Below, one piece after another: positions 61,462 to 64,000 of a stretch of 64,000 nucleotides of DNA. The translations under genes were made by a program, and so were the position numbers. Source of the stretch: Felis catus (taxonomy: Eukaryota). Location: positions 2,294,001-2,358,000 of the forward strand of contig NC_058383.1 in NCBI RefSeq assembly GCF_018350175.1. Direction: 5' to 3'. The notes beneath the pieces are model-generated. The model worked only from the letters and a program-made list of their open reading frames with translations. It made no database searches and had not been told where the DNA came from. How positions within the stretch are numbered: the stretch's first letter is position 1; each line of letters starts with the position of its first letter.

Positions 61462-61689
61462 GGGGTGCCTGGGTGGCGCAGTCAGTTAAGCGTCCGACTT
61501 CAGCCAGGTCACGATCTCGCGGTCCGGGAGTTCGAGCCCCGCGTCGGGCTCTGGGCTGATGGCTCAGAGCCTGGAGCCTGTTTCCGATTCTGTGTCTCCC
61601 TCTCTCTCTGCCCCTCCCCCGTTCATGCTCTGTCTCTCTTTGTCCCAAAAATAAATAAATAAAAAAAAGTTAAAAAAAAAAATTAAAAA
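61462..61689 (+). mobile_element. Young feline-type CanSINE
   Basis: Nearly identical to the element at 46516. Confidence 0.95.
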
Positions 61690-61840
61690 GGTAACAGGTG
61701 GAGTAGGTCAGTGGATGGATGAGGTTTTCGTTTTCCACGCATTAGTATGTATACATATACAGTATTGTGTGTGTATATACTTTTTCTTATATATATGTGT
61801 ATATATGTGTGTATATATACATACACACACACACACTGCC

Positions 61841-62070
61841 TTTTTTTTTTTTTTAAGTTTATTTATTTTGAGAGAGACAGAGAGAGTGGCAGTGGGGCGG
61901 GGGGGGAGGGCAGAGAGGGGGATGAATCCCAGGCGGGCTCCACTCGGCCATCACGCAGCCCCGCAGAGCCTGATGCGGGGCTTGAACGCAACGAGGTGCA
62001 AGATCATGACCGTGACCTGACCCAAAATCAAGAGGTAGATGCTCAGCCAACTGGGCCACCCAGGTGCCCC
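61841..62070 (-). mobile_element. CanSINE
   Basis: Poly-T and head ending gggccacccaggtgcccc. Confidence 0.88.
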
Positions 62071-62539
62071 TAATGTACTATGTCCTGCTTCTTGATCTGT
62101 TCACTGTGTGTCACAGACGTCCTCACGGGTCAACGAACGCGGCTGTCTCTCAGCTTCTCTAGGAGCTGTCCGGCATCTGACCCGCGCCAGCTTCGAATCT
62201 GGTCAGCCAATCCCCACCGGAGAGTACGGAGGTTTTAGCTTTTATGAGCAATACATTCAACATTCTTTACAATCTCCGCACATTCGTCTAATTGGATTTT
62301 CCGTTTCAAATTCATATCGTTATTACCGTAAGCTATTGCATAATATGAAACAAGTTGTGTCAGAGAGAAACGTATAACCGCTCGGATAAAGCAGCCACCG
62401 AGGTCAACAGGGAACCGTGAACAGCAGCGCCCTCGTCAAACGTGCACTGTGACGTGTAAAATTCACCACCGTCCTGACGCCGTGACAGTATTTCTTAACT
62501 TCTCCTAGTAGTTTTATCCCCTGCGTATGTACTCAACAA

Positions 62540-63330
62540 CGTGGCTGAATTTTTACGCACTCACGCGGTCCTCCTGCTCCATGTCTGCCTCCTCTGGCAA
62601 GACACCGCCATACTTGTTGATGGGAGCTGTCCTCTGCCCGTGTTCACTGCAGTGCTCGGAATCACACACCGTTTACTCATTTTACTGCTGACGAGCATTT
62701 GGATTGTTTCCAGTTGTGAGTAGCGTTGCCATGCACACTGACACACACACCTTTCTGTACAGCCAGGGTTGGGACGACGGAGCCACAGAGAATACACATC
62801 TTAAACCTGAGTAAGTAACACCCACCTGCTTTTCTAAACTGGGTGTACGATTAAATGACCACCAGCACCAGGGTTTATGGAAGTTCCCATTCCTCTAATC
62901 CTTCCCATTCCCCCAAGTGTCAAATGTTTTAATTTGGCCAATCTGGTGAGTGTGGAAGATCATTTCATTGTTCCAGAAATGTCCGTTAAGGCTCTAACCC
63001 ATTTTTCTATTGACCTGCCTATTTCTTGTGGATCTGTGGAAGTTCTTTAAACATTCTGGACACTTTTCCTTTGTCGGTTGTAGACGATGAGTGTGCTCTC
63101 CACCCTCACAGCTGGTGGGGTCTCTGGATGACCACAAGTCCTTCATTTGATGGCAGGCAGATTCTGAACCTTTCCTTTTGCATTGGTGCTTCGAATCACT
63201 CAATTCTCCCCTATACCAAGACCATACTGATTGTTCCGGACTACGTCCTAAAAAATACTGTAGCTTCTCCTACTTAGGTCCCCAATCCACTTGAAACTGG
63301 GCGTGTTCAGGGTCCAATTTCATGGTTCGC
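62540..63330 (-). mobile_element. Old L1 fragments (antisense)
   Basis: gcatttggattgtttccagtt, ggaagttcccattcctctaatcctt, taatttggccaatctggtgagtgtg. Confidence 0.65.
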
Positions 63331-63399
63331 CGTGGGGTGCCACCAATTTACTTACCTTGTTCTGCTGCGTCACTCAATCCCCCACTGTATCGGTTATTA

Positions 63400-63585
63400 A
63401 AGGTTTTTCTTTTCTCTGTAGGGGTCCAGATGGTAACTATTTAAGACTTTGCGAACCCACAGTGTCACCTCTACTGCCTGTTGTTTTTTTCCTAAGCCTT
63501 CAAAAATGTAAAAAACATTCTCAGCTGGGGGTCCAAACAAAAACAAGCCACATGAGAGGCTGCAGGCCACACTTTGCTGACCTCA
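63400..63585. mobile_element. MER58-like hAT-Charlie relic
   Basis: ttttctctgtaggggtccagatggtaactatttaagactttgcg...tttgctgacctc. Confidence 0.6.
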
Positions 63586-63679
63586 GAAGAGCAAACCCTC
63601 CTACTTCATTTTCCTTCAAAAGTCGCTTGACATCATTCGTCTTCAGAGGAATGTAAATCAAAACCACAATGAGAGAAAC

Positions 63680-64000
63680 AGAAGAAAGCTGGAAGGCTTA
63701 CACTTCCTAACTTCCAAACTTACTACAAAGCTACGGTAATCAAAATAGCGTGTGACTGACAAGAGGGTAAACACACAGACCGAGAGGACTGAATGGAGAA
63801 TCTGGAAATAAACCCAACGTGTATGACCAACAGATTTTCACCCAGGGTGCCAAGACCACTCAGTGGGGAGAGAACACGGGTCCAACAAATGGGGCTAGAA
63901 CGACTGAACGTCCACCTGCCTCACTCCGCTGACGAAAGTTAACTCAAAAACGGATCGACCACCGAAACGTAAGAGGACAAGCTAAACAGAGGGGCAAATC
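63680..64000 (+). mobile_element. L1 ORF2 fragment (sense), running off the window
   Basis: cttccaaacttactacaaagctacggtaatcaaaatagcgtg...gagaatctggaaataaaccc. Confidence 0.85.

Larger units (their letters stand above)
19643..64000 (-). other. GNA12: GNA12 long intron (upstream exon lies beyond the window)
   Basis: I saw no sequence encoding the preceding G-alpha-12 exon (ending ...SEFQL) in the window. The region is repeat-rich. Confidence 0.8.

Noticed and set aside
46492..61662. Near-identical short ORFs at 46.5 kb and 61.4 kb suggesting a duplicated gene
   Set aside because: They are translations of two CanSINE copies.

Overview
Mammalian genomic DNA, almost certainly from a felid: it carries about 30 carnivore tRNA-derived CanSINEs, two of them of the young feline type. 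The window holds the 3' halves of two convergent genes. AMZ1 (archaemetzincin-1, + strand) contributes five coding exons, 702-5934, with canonical GT-AG sites and an intact frame. GNA12 (G-alpha-12, - strand) contributes its last two exons (19592-19642 and 17767-18336), a ~2.7 kb 3' UTR and more than 44 kb of its long upstream intron, which is filled with L1, SINE, MIR, L2, MaLR and DNA-transposon relics. The first ~23 kb is very GC/CpG-rich, which explains the many spurious ORFs. No prokaryote-type system, CRISPR array or RNA gene is supported, and I found no clearly new system. The leads most worth checking are a cluster of unusual substitutions in G-alpha-12 helix alpha3 and the NKxD motif, a 486-bp purine/pyrimidine tract in the GNA12 3' UTR, two candidate cryptic microexons in the GNA12 intron, and the Ser replacing the third zinc ligand of AMZ1. 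Comparisons with human sequences and repeat consensuses are from memory and need alignment.
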